From assembly GCA_002418285.1 (NCBI GenBank), contig DIDT01000045.1, positions 41,250-105,249 of the forward strand: a stretch of DNA of 64,000 nucleotides, given 5' to 3'. This DNA comes from Phycisphaerales bacterium UBA5793 (GTDB lineage Bacteria; Planctomycetota; Phycisphaerae; Phycisphaerales; UBA5793). Shown piece by piece: positions 16,408 to 24,167 of the stretch (its first letter is position 1; each line of letters begins with the position of its first letter). A model generated the notes under the pieces. It did not search any database. It was not told the DNA's origin and saw nothing but the letters and a program-made list of their open reading frames with translations. The translations under genes were made by a program, and so were the position numbers.

Positions 16408-17919
16408 CTACTGCACAAGCAAAACGTCTGTGGTGGCACATGTGGTCAGGTCAATCGCCTGGACGAAGACGTGTCCGCAGGCGGCATTGGGGACGTTGGG
16501 GATGTCGAGGTTGGCCGTGCCGTTCGCATTAGCGCGGACGACGTCGGCGAGTTGCGCGGTGTTGTTCAAGCCCAGTGTCGTGCCGGCGCAGGGGTTGCCC
16601 TCGGGAATGCGCAGTCTCCCTTCGCCGCGCGCGTAGAGATAGGCCACACGCTCATTCGGCGTGGCGCCTTGGACACTAAATCGCATTGCGCCCGGGCAGG
16701 AACCCAGAACACTGAGTGTCGGTCCGTCTCCACAGTTGAGATCGAAGACGTACGCTGAGCCGGAGTTCGTGCCGCGGTCATCGTCGCCGTACGATCCCAC
16801 GAAGATCGTGCTGCCACTGATCGAGACGGACCGGCCGAACCAGTCGCCGGCCCAGCCGTCGGAGGCGAGGAGTTTGGCCGACTCTGTCCATACACTGCCG
16901 ACCTTCTCGAAGATGTACGCGGATCCGGAGTTATCGCCGACGTCATCGTCCAGGTCGGCGCCAACGACGATGACGTCCCCGCTCAGGACGGCGGAGCAGC
17001 CGAAGTGGTCGCCTGCCTGCCCGACAGAGGCGATGAGTTTCTGCTCGTCGACCCACGATGAGCCATCGAAGCGGAAGACGTACGCCGAGCCCGAGTCTGC
17101 GCCGAGGTCGTCGTCTTCTTTTGCACCGACCACCGCGTTGTCTCCGCTCACGGCAACGGAGCAGCCGAAATAGTCTGACATCTCGCCATCGGAGGCGAGT
17201 AGTTTTTGTTCCTCGATCCACGAAGAGCCAATGAAGCGGTAGATGTACGCTGAGCCGGAGTCTGTACCGCGGTCATCATCGCCGTACGCTCCCACGACGA
17301 TCGTGTTACCGCTGATGGAGACGGACTGGCCGAACCAGTCGCCGGCCGAGCCATCGGACGCCCGCAGTATCTGTTCCTCGACCCACTCGGAGCCGGCGTA
17401 GCGGAAGACGTATGCCGAGCTGATTTTGCCGTTGTGGGCTCTCGTCGCTCCGACGACCGCAATATCTTCTTTCACCGCGACGGAGTGTCCGAAATGGTCG
17501 CCCTGTTCACGATCTGAGGAAACCAGAATCTGTTCCTCGACCCATTCGGAGCCATCGAAGCGGAAGACGTACGCTAAGCCGCCGTTACTGTCCCAGTTCG
17601 CACCGATGATGGCGATATCGCCATCCAAGGCGACGGACCACCCGAACCGGATGCCGGAGACGAAGGACCTCTGCTCCTCGATCCACGAGGTGCCGTTCCA
17701 TCGAAAGAAATACACCGAGCCGACAGCCCACGCACCGACAACGGCAACGTCCCCGTCCACGGCGAGGGAGCTACCGAACAAATCGTACTGTTCGCCGTCG
17801 GAGGCGAGCAGCTTGGCCGTCTCTTCCGGATCGCATTGCGCGCGGGCTACCGAATCAACGAAAGGGAAGCACAGCGCTGCGGCGATCATGATGGAACCTG
17901 AAATTCTCGTCGATTTCAT
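16408..17919 (-). CDS. secreted FG-GAP-like beta-propeller repeat protein with a shared Cys-containing C-terminal domain
   Basis: It has a signal peptide (MKSTRISGSIMIAAALCFPFVDSVARA) and about seven repeats of the form KLLASDG..D.FG.SV.ISG...VVGA..DD..G..SGSAYVF. The C-terminal 105 aa are nearly identical to the C-terminus of the next gene. Confidence 0.8.
   Translation of the reverse strand: MKSTRISGSIMIAAALCFPFVDSVARAQCDPEETAKLLASDGEQYDLFGSSLAVDGDVAVVGAWAVGSVYFFRWNGTSWIEEQRSFVSGIRFGWSVALDGDIAIIGANWDSNGGLAYVFRFDGSEWVEEQILVSSDREQGDHFGHSVAVKEDIAVVGATRAHNGKISSAYVFRYAGSEWVEEQILRASDGSAGDWFGQSVSISGNTIVVGAYGDDDRGTDSGSAYIYRFIGSSWIEEQKLLASDGEMSDYFGCSVAVSGDNAVVGAKEDDDLGADSGSAYVFRFDGSSWVDEQKLIASVGQAGDHFGCSAVLSGDVIVVGADLDDDVGDNSGSAYIFEKVGSVWTESAKLLASDGWAGDWFGRSVSISGSTIFVGSYGDDDRGTNSGSAYVFDLNCGDGPTLSVLGSCPGAMRFSVQGATPNERVAYLYARGEGRLRIPEGNPCAGTTLGLNNTAQLADVVRANANGTANLDIPNVPNAACGHVFVQAIDLTTCATTDVLLVQ
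16471..16704. repeat. 234-bp near-identical copy A (encodes the shared C-terminal domain)
   Basis: Hand alignment against 17997..18230 gives about 9 mismatches in 234 positions. Confidence 0.8.
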
Positions 17920-17933
17920 GTTGATAGTCCTTT

Positions 17934-19589
17934 TCAGTCGACGATTGCCACGTTGCTCGTCGCGCAGGCGCTCAGATCGATCGCCTGGATGTAGATGTGT
18001 CCGCAGGCGGCGTTGGGGACGTTGGGGATGTCGAGGTTGGCCGTGCCGTTCGCATCAGCGCGGACGACGTCGGCGAGTTGCGCGGTGTTGTTCAGACCCA
18101 GTGTCGTGCCGGCGCAGGGGCTGCCGTCGGGAATGCGCAGTCTCCCTTCGCCGCGCGCGTAGAGATAGGCCACGCGCTCAAGCGGCGTGGCGCCTTGGAC
18201 ACTAAATCGCATTGCGCCCGGGCAGGAACCGAGGATGGAGAGATCGGGACCCGCAGGAACGCCGTCGAGGAACAGCACCCACACCGCGCCGCGGTCCCTG
18301 CCCCCGTCGTCATCACCCCCCGCCCCCACGGCGAGGTCTTCCACACCGTCGCCGTCGAAATCGCCCAGGGCGGCCACAGATTGGCCGAACCAATCGGCAT
18401 CATCCAGGGCACCTTCGAAGCCGCCTTCCGTGTCGCTGACCTTCTGGTGAGACTTGACCGTGCCGTTGCTGTTGAGGAACAGCACCCACACCGCGCCGCG
18501 GTCGTTGCCCCCGTCGTCGTCTACCTGTGCGCCTACGGCCAAGTCGCCCACGCCGTCACGGTCGAGATCACCCGGCGCGGCCACCGACGTGCCGAACCGA
18601 TCGTTATCATCCAAGATGCCGGTGAAGCCGCCATATGTGTCGCTGATCTTCTGGTGCGACTTCACCGTCCCATCCGTGTTGAGGAACAGCACCCACACCG
18701 CGCCGCGGTTATCACCCCCGTCGCTGTCCAAGTTTGCGCCGACGGTCAGATCGCTTACATCGTTGCCGTCGAGATCACTCAGCCAGGCGATTGACCGGCC
18801 GAACCAATCTTCGTCAGTCAGGAGACCGGTGAAGCCGCCATCGGTGTCGCTGATCTTCTGGTACGACTTCACCGTCCCATCCGTGTTGAGGAACAGCACC
18901 CACACCGCGCCGCGGTTGTTCCCCCCGTCATCGTCTTGGATGGCCCCCACTGCCAAGTCGGTCACGCCGTCACGGTCGAGATCACCCAGCGCGGCCACCG
19001 ATGTGCCGAACCGATCGTTGTCATCCAGGAAGCCGGTGAAGCCGCCTTCGGTGTCGCTGATCTTCCGGTAAGCCTTCACTGTGCCGTCGGTGTTGAGGAA
19101 CAGCACCCACACCGCGCCGCGCTTGTTCCCCCCGTCATCATCCAAGTTCGCCCCCACGGCCAGGTCACACACGCCATCGCCGTCGAGATCGCCAAGTGAG
19201 GCTGCAGAGACGCCGAATTCATCCCCATCCCTCAGGACGCCGGTGAAGCCGCCTTCGGTGTCGCTGATCTTCTGGTGCGCCCTGACGGTCCCGTTGGGGT
19301 TGAGAAACAGCACCCATACCGCGCCGCGGTCAGTTCCCCCGTCATCGTCTTGGCTTGCCCCAACGGCGAGGTCGCCCACGTCGTCGCCATCGAGATCGCC
19401 CAGCGCGGCAACCGTCCAACCGAACCAATCGTTGTTGTCCAGGAGGCCACTGAAGCCGCCGTCGGTGTCGCTGATCTTCTGCTGCGACAGGACCCAGCCG
19501 GGCTGAGCCAGCGCGGCACTGGCTAATGCGAGGTTGGCGGCCACGACCGGAACTATGCTGTTTCTATTCCTGAATGCCCGCGGTAACAC
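17934..19589 (-). CDS. secreted FG-GAP/VCBS-type beta-propeller repeat protein with a shared C-terminal domain
   Basis: The start is GTG at 19587-19589, preceded by AAGGAGA. It has eight repeats of about 70 aa: QKISDT.GGF.G.L...D.FG.SVA.LGDLDGDGV.DLAVGA..DDDGG..RGAVWVLFLN.DGTV. The repeat period of about 207-216 bp is visible at nucleotide level. Confidence 0.85.
   Translation of the reverse strand: MLPRAFRNRNSIVPVVAANLALASAALAQPGWVLSQQKISDTDGGFSGLLDNNDWFGWTVAALGDLDGDDVGDLAVGASQDDDGGTDRGAVWVLFLNPNGTVRAHQKISDTEGGFTGVLRDGDEFGVSAASLGDLDGDGVCDLAVGANLDDDGGNKRGAVWVLFLNTDGTVKAYRKISDTEGGFTGFLDDNDRFGTSVAALGDLDRDGVTDLAVGAIQDDDGGNNRGAVWVLFLNTDGTVKSYQKISDTDGGFTGLLTDEDWFGRSIAWLSDLDGNDVSDLTVGANLDSDGGDNRGAVWVLFLNTDGTVKSHQKISDTYGGFTGILDDNDRFGTSVAAPGDLDRDGVGDLAVGAQVDDDGGNDRGAVWVLFLNSNGTVKSHQKVSDTEGGFEGALDDADWFGQSVAALGDFDGDGVEDLAVGAGGDDDGGRDRGAVWVLFLDGVPAGPDLSILGSCPGAMRFSVQGATPLERVAYLYARGEGRLRIPDGSPCAGTTLGLNNTAQLADVVRADANGTANLDIPNVPNAACGHIYIQAIDLSACATSNVAIVD
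17997..18230. repeat. 234-bp near-identical copy B
   Basis: See 16471..16704. Confidence 0.8.
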
Positions 19590-19864
19590 TGTTGTTTCTC
19601 CTTCACTTGCAGATCTCAGCTTTGCAGTTTCATCTCTGCCATGACATGGACGGTGAAGTCACTGAAGGGCCTCTGTGCACCGCCCCTGCACTGCGCACCT
19701 CTGCGGGTCTCTGCGGTCGTCGCGCCACTTCGATCAAGTCACAGGACTCGGACGGCGCGCAATGGGACTGTGCAGGCAGAGCATCCTGTCTCTCCTATCT
19801 AATAAGGACGTGTTGTCTCACAACAGTCGGACTTCGCCACGGGAAGCGGTTCGGTACCGACTCG

Positions 19865-22711
19865 CTACGGTTCCTGAAGTTGTTCCAATGTCGCGCGCCA
19901 CTGGGCAGCCTTTACGTCCCAACCAGCGTCTGGCGCAACATCGTGCCAGAATTCGTAGACTTCGACCAGCCGTTCCATCAACCAGGGCCGGCGCTCGGGA
20001 GGGAGGCAGCGCGGCTCGTGCAACATCCCGATGGCGCCAGCAGACCTGTACGGCTCGGCTTCCTCGCACAGCGCCAGGGCGCGCTGGCGATCCGTTGAAA
20101 GCAGCTGCTTCGCCCGCTTGTTCAGCGCGGCTCCGAGATCGGCCATGGCTGTGATCCGCCGAAACGCCTCTTTGTGCCCTTCCGGATAGGCCCGCTCAAC
20201 GATCGCCAGAATCTCGCGTCGCAACGTGATGGCTTCCTCAAAGTCGCTGTCCGCCTCGCGCGAGCCGGCCAGCCACCGAAGTGTCTGTTGCACCGCCCGG
20301 CTGTCCTCGCCCAGCAGTATGCGTTGCTGGTCAAGCGCCTGTCGACAGTACTGCTCGCCTTCATGTCGCCGCCCCTGATGAACGATTTGCGTGCCGATGT
20401 TGAACAAGTCCGTTGCAACGAGGGGATGCTCCTGGCCGTACACGGCGAGGTGGATGGCCATCGCTTCGCGGAAGAGTTCTTCCGCCTCGTCCGGCCGTCC
20501 TTGAGAGCCAACCTCCCAAGCCAGGTTGAAAAGGACATGCGCGACCTTCGGGTGCTGGTCACCGTAATACTCGCGCCGCCACTCGAGGACTCGAAGGTCG
20601 GCGGACTCGGCCTCTTTGTGTCGGTTCTGCTTCGAATACAAGACGGCGAGCGAGGCCAGGTTGCCCATGAAACGTGGATCGTCTTCGCCGTAGAGTTCAC
20701 GGTTGATCTGCAGCGCTTCGTTAAGCCGCGTTTCAGCCTCCGCACCGGCCCGCCTGTCCATAGCGGCGCCTCCCAGATACTCCAGTGCTCTGGCCTCGGC
20801 GCTTCGATTCCCAAGTACGCGCGACATGTCCAACACTTCGAGGCTGATCTCCTCCACTTCGCCGCTGCGTCCCAGGTTCTCCTTGACAAACGCAAGTTGG
20901 AGCAGAGACTCGAGGACAGCAGGGTGGGTTGTCCCGGGTCCATAGTGCGCCCGGCGGAGTTCCAGTGCGGCGCTCAGATGCTGGTCGGCGGCCGCGTAGA
21001 TTCCCAGCTCGCGATAGGTCCGTCCGATGGCTTCGTGAAGTTGCGCCCGCACGAGCGGCTGATCGGCAAACTGCTCCTCAAGAGTGTCCGCAGCCGGGGT
21101 CAGCACGAATTCGTCCATTACCTGTCGGGCAACGTCCACTGCCTGGGCCGCGTCAGCGCGCCTGTCATACTCCGCCAGTTCCTCCTCAATTTCGTCCGGC
21201 GTGAGCTTGCGGCGGTTCGAACCCTCACCGACGTACTGGCGTTGCAGCGCCGCCCCCACCTGTTCGCGGAAGCGCTCCTTGATGCGGAGTCCCATCTCAT
21301 TGGCGTCGATCCCGCGGAGCATTGCGGCCTGGAATTCGGAGACCTGTTGCATTTGCTCCCGCGCCGAATCCGCCTCAGCCCGGCGCTTCTCGGCCCGCAG
21401 CAAGCCAAACGTCGTCCCGGCCGTTCCAGCGAGTAGCGCGACCACCACCATCATCGCTGCGGTAACCATCGTGCGGTTGCGCCGAACGAACTTGCGGAAG
21501 CGGTAGATCCTGCTCGGCGGCGCCGCATCCACTGGCTCGCCGGAGAGGAAGTGCTGCACGTCTGTGGCGAGTTCATGGGCCGTCTCGTAGCGCCGCGCGC
21601 GGTCCTTCTCGAGGCACTTCATCACGATCCAGTCCAACTCACCTTTGACCTGGCGCTGAAGTGCTGCAAACTCGGTGTCACGTCGGCCGGCAATCTCCTG
21701 CGGCGTGGCGCCGTTTCGCTGGTTGACCGGTTCGGCGCCGAGCGTCGACAGGCGGCAGCTGGGTGTCGCCGGCTCCATTTCGCGGATGATCTTCACCAAG
21801 CGGGGGTAATCAGCCTTACGGAGCGCATCAGGCTCGAAGGGCAGCGTGCCGGTCAGGAGTTGATAAAGGATCACACCGAGTGAGTACACGTCGCTGCGCG
21901 TGTCCACGTCCGTGCCGCCGCTGCCAGCCTGTTCGGGGCTCATGTACTCGGGCGTTCCCATCAGCCGGCCAATCTCGGTGTGCAGTGTGCGATCAGTCAG
22001 CGGAACAGCTGTGGCCTTGGCGATGCCGAAGTCGATCACCTTCGGAACTGGCTTGCCGTCTGTGAGGGTGAGGAGGACATTCGAGGGCTTCAGATCACGG
22101 TGGATGATGCCCTTGGTGTGAGCGTGCTGGACGGCCTCGCAAACCCGAACGAACAACTCGAGTCGCTGACGAACTCGTAGTCGACCGGTGTCGCAGTAGT
22201 CGGTGATCGGCAGCCCGGCCGCGTGCTCCATCACAAAGTACGGTCGGCCCTGGTCGGTCGCGCCGGCGTCGTAGATTCGGGCCACATTGGGATGGTCCAT
22301 CAGCGCCAGGGCCTGGCGTTCCATCTCGAAGCGTGCCAGCACTTCCTTGGAGTCCACGCCCAGTTTGAGGATCTTTACTGCGACGGTTCGGTGCATCGGC
22401 TCGGTCTGCTCGGCCGTCCAGACCTCGCCAAAGCCGCCTTCGCCGAGGCGTTCCAAGAGTCGGTAGGGACCAATCTTCCCGCTCGGGTTGGGCCATGATG
22501 GTGCGGGCCGATCGTCAGAGCCGGATGTTGGGCTGGTCAGGAAACCATCGCGCCCTGCGTGGTCGAGCGCATGAAGCAGGCCCTCCACAGAAGAACGCAA
22601 CTCCGGCTGGTCGGTGCAGACCCGGCTCAGGAAAGCCGCACGGCGGTCGGGCGAGAGCTGCATCGCTTCAGCGAAAATCTCCTGGATGCGATCTTGTTCG
22701 CCGCTTTTCAT
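19865..22711 (-). CDS. Ser/Thr protein kinase with a transmembrane segment and C-terminal TPR repeats
   Basis: Kinase motifs present: GEGGFGEVW, VAVKIL, HRDLKPSNVLL, DFGIAK, GTPEYMSPEQ. A long TPR-like C-terminal half follows. The start is set at ATG 22709-22711 (MKSGEQDRIQEIFAEAMQLSPDRRAAFL); the ORF extends to 22834. Confidence 0.9.
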   Translation of the reverse strand: MKSGEQDRIQEIFAEAMQLSPDRRAAFLSRVCTDQPELRSSVEGLLHALDHAGRDGFLTSPTSGSDDRPAPSWPNPSGKIGPYRLLERLGEGGFGEVWTAEQTEPMHRTVAVKILKLGVDSKEVLARFEMERQALALMDHPNVARIYDAGATDQGRPYFVMEHAAGLPITDYCDTGRLRVRQRLELFVRVCEAVQHAHTKGIIHRDLKPSNVLLTLTDGKPVPKVIDFGIAKATAVPLTDRTLHTEIGRLMGTPEYMSPEQAGSGGTDVDTRSDVYSLGVILYQLLTGTLPFEPDALRKADYPRLVKIIREMEPATPSCRLSTLGAEPVNQRNGATPQEIAGRRDTEFAALQRQVKGELDWIVMKCLEKDRARRYETAHELATDVQHFLSGEPVDAAPPSRIYRFRKFVRRNRTMVTAAMMVVVALLAGTAGTTFGLLRAEKRRAEADSAREQMQQVSEFQAAMLRGIDANEMGLRIKERFREQVGAALQRQYVGEGSNRRKLTPDEIEEELAEYDRRADAAQAVDVARQVMDEFVLTPAADTLEEQFADQPLVRAQLHEAIGRTYRELGIYAAADQHLSAALELRRAHYGPGTTHPAVLESLLQLAFVKENLGRSGEVEEISLEVLDMSRVLGNRSAEARALEYLGGAAMDRRAGAEAETRLNEALQINRELYGEDDPRFMGNLASLAVLYSKQNRHKEAESADLRVLEWRREYYGDQHPKVAHVLFNLAWEVGSQGRPDEAEELFREAMAIHLAVYGQEHPLVATDLFNIGTQIVHQGRRHEGEQYCRQALDQQRILLGEDSRAVQQTLRWLAGSREADSDFEEAITLRREILAIVERAYPEGHKEAFRRITAMADLGAALNKRAKQLLSTDRQRALALCEEAEPYRSAGAIGMLHEPRCLPPERRPWLMERLVEVYEFWHDVAPDAGWDVKAAQWRATLEQLQEP

Positions 22712-23315
22712 CTTCCTTACCTGGTGCATGGGTCGGATCGGCCAGTTCCTTATAAAGCCAGGCTCGCGCAAAGGCCCAGTCCAAGTCCACCGTGCGGGCC
22801 GAAACACCCAGTATGCGGGCGGTCTCGTCCACACTCAATCCGGCATAGAACCGCAGGTGAACCACTTGAGCAACGCGCGGCCTCTGACTCTCAAGGCGAC
22901 GCAGAGCGTCATCGAGCGCAATGATCTGCTCAGAATTTTCTTCCCGGGCCAGGTCGGCAACGTCACCAATGTCCAGTGTCAGGCGCCGCTGCGCAGGTCC
23001 CCCCCGCTTCTGGCGTGCGCGGGCGCGTGCGTGCTCGATGAGGATCCGCCGCATCGCTTCGGCGGCGGCGGTGAAGAAGTGGCCGCGGCTGTCCCAGGTG
23101 AGTTCGGCGTTTGCAACAAGCCGGGCGTAGGCCTCATGAACAAGCGCGGTCGCCTGCAGCGTGTGCCCGACTCGCTCTTCGTTCATGCGCTGCTGTGCGA
23201 TCTTGCGCAGTTGATCGTAAACGAGTGTCAGAAGTTGACCCGCATTTTCCGGGCCGACACTGTCCGCGGACTGCAGGAGGCGTGTGACTTCGTGCTCCGG
23301 CACTTCGTCGGGCAT
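22668..23315 (-). CDS. ECF-type RNA polymerase sigma factor (kinase-associated Planctomycete-type family)
   Basis: The translation reads LLTLVYDQLRKIAQQRMNEERVGHTLQATALVHEAYARLV...WDSRGHFFTAAAEAMRRILIEHARAR...VHLRFYAGLSVDETARILGVSARTVDLDWAFARAWL. It overlaps the downstream kinase start by about 44 nt. Confidence 0.85.
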   Translation of the reverse strand: MPDEVPEHEVTRLLQSADSVGPENAGQLLTLVYDQLRKIAQQRMNEERVGHTLQATALVHEAYARLVANAELTWDSRGHFFTAAAEAMRRILIEHARARARQKRGGPAQRRLTLDIGDVADLAREENSEQIIALDDALRRLESQRPRVAQVVHLRFYAGLSVDETARILGVSARTVDLDWAFARAWLYKELADPTHAPGKEDEKRRTRSHPGDFR

Positions 23316-23654
23316 AGTGGGTCACCCCAGTTCCCGGTCCACCCCCAACGCGAGAGATCGACATTTCGTCAGACAGTCATTGTAGCGTGGCTTGGATTGA
23401 TTGTTGAGGAACCGTGGTACCAGAGTGTCGGGTGGTCAGAGCCACCAGAGGACAGTCCTTCATCGCGATTACGGCGCCAGCACATAATTTCGCCGCGCCT
23501 CTCGCAATGGACCTGAACCAATGTTCCATCGCCCACTCGGCACTTAATCAGCAGTTGACTGCCTCAATGAGCCTGACCTCCGTCGGCTCGCCTCGGCGAG
23601 CTGTCAGTTTGCGGTGGCGCCCGGGTGGCAATTCTGTTGGAGGCCCCAAATCCG

Positions 23655-23674
23655 GGCTTGTCTGGGCTTGCCGG
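23655..23674. repeat. two tandem 10-bp units GGCTTGTCTG/GGCTTGCCGG
   Basis: Same vocabulary as 4421-4460. It forms an inverted pair with 23888-23917. It is followed by the tandem GCGCTTTTCC x2 at 23681-23700. Confidence 0.7.
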
Positions 23675-23887
23675 CATGTCGCGCTTTTCCGCGCTTTTCC
23701 TCATTCTGCCGCGCCGGCGGAAGTCGTAAGTCCATAAGTACAATCGTGATAACGACTTGCAGCCGAAACGGGGACCCGCTCATAACCTGGAGGTAGTCGC
23801 TTGCAAGCGCCACAACTGCAAGCACTTACAATTACCTTCCAGGACTAACCCTGGACTGCGGCTTTCCTACCTTAATATGTGCGGTCT

Positions 23888-23917
23888 CGACAAGCCCAAA
23901 CAAGCCCCGGCACGCCC
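23888..23917. repeat. three tandem 10-bp units on the minus strand: GGCGTGCCGG/GGCTTGTTTG/GGCTTGTCGA
   Basis: Read from the reverse complement of caagcccaaacaagccccggcacgcc. Confidence 0.7.
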
Positions 23918-24167
23918 AAGCACAACTGGGGACCCCCATCCGGCCGTTACCACGCGACGTGTCGAGTCTGCAATCACATGCCGAGATCGACCGCGATCGG
24001 TTCCGCGCGGTAGTGAGTGAATTGCGGCGCGATAGCGCGATCCCGCCTATGCATGGCGTCTGGACGCATGCGGTCTCGGCCGGCTCCAAACCAAGCATGC
24101 CAGTGTTCGTTTGCTTCGTTTTTGGAACGATCGTTTGCCACGTCCATGCTCGTCGTGTCTTTCCATC

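Noticed and set aside
17934-19589. Regular nucleotide repeats of about 207-216 bp that could be mistaken for a repeat/spacer array
   Set aside because: They are in-frame FG-GAP protein repeats inside a continuous ORF with a signal peptide. They do not have CRISPR-like short repeats with unique spacers.
20174-21436. 420-aa plus-strand ORF
   Set aside because: It is antisense to the TPR half of the Ser/Thr kinase and has no recognisable features.
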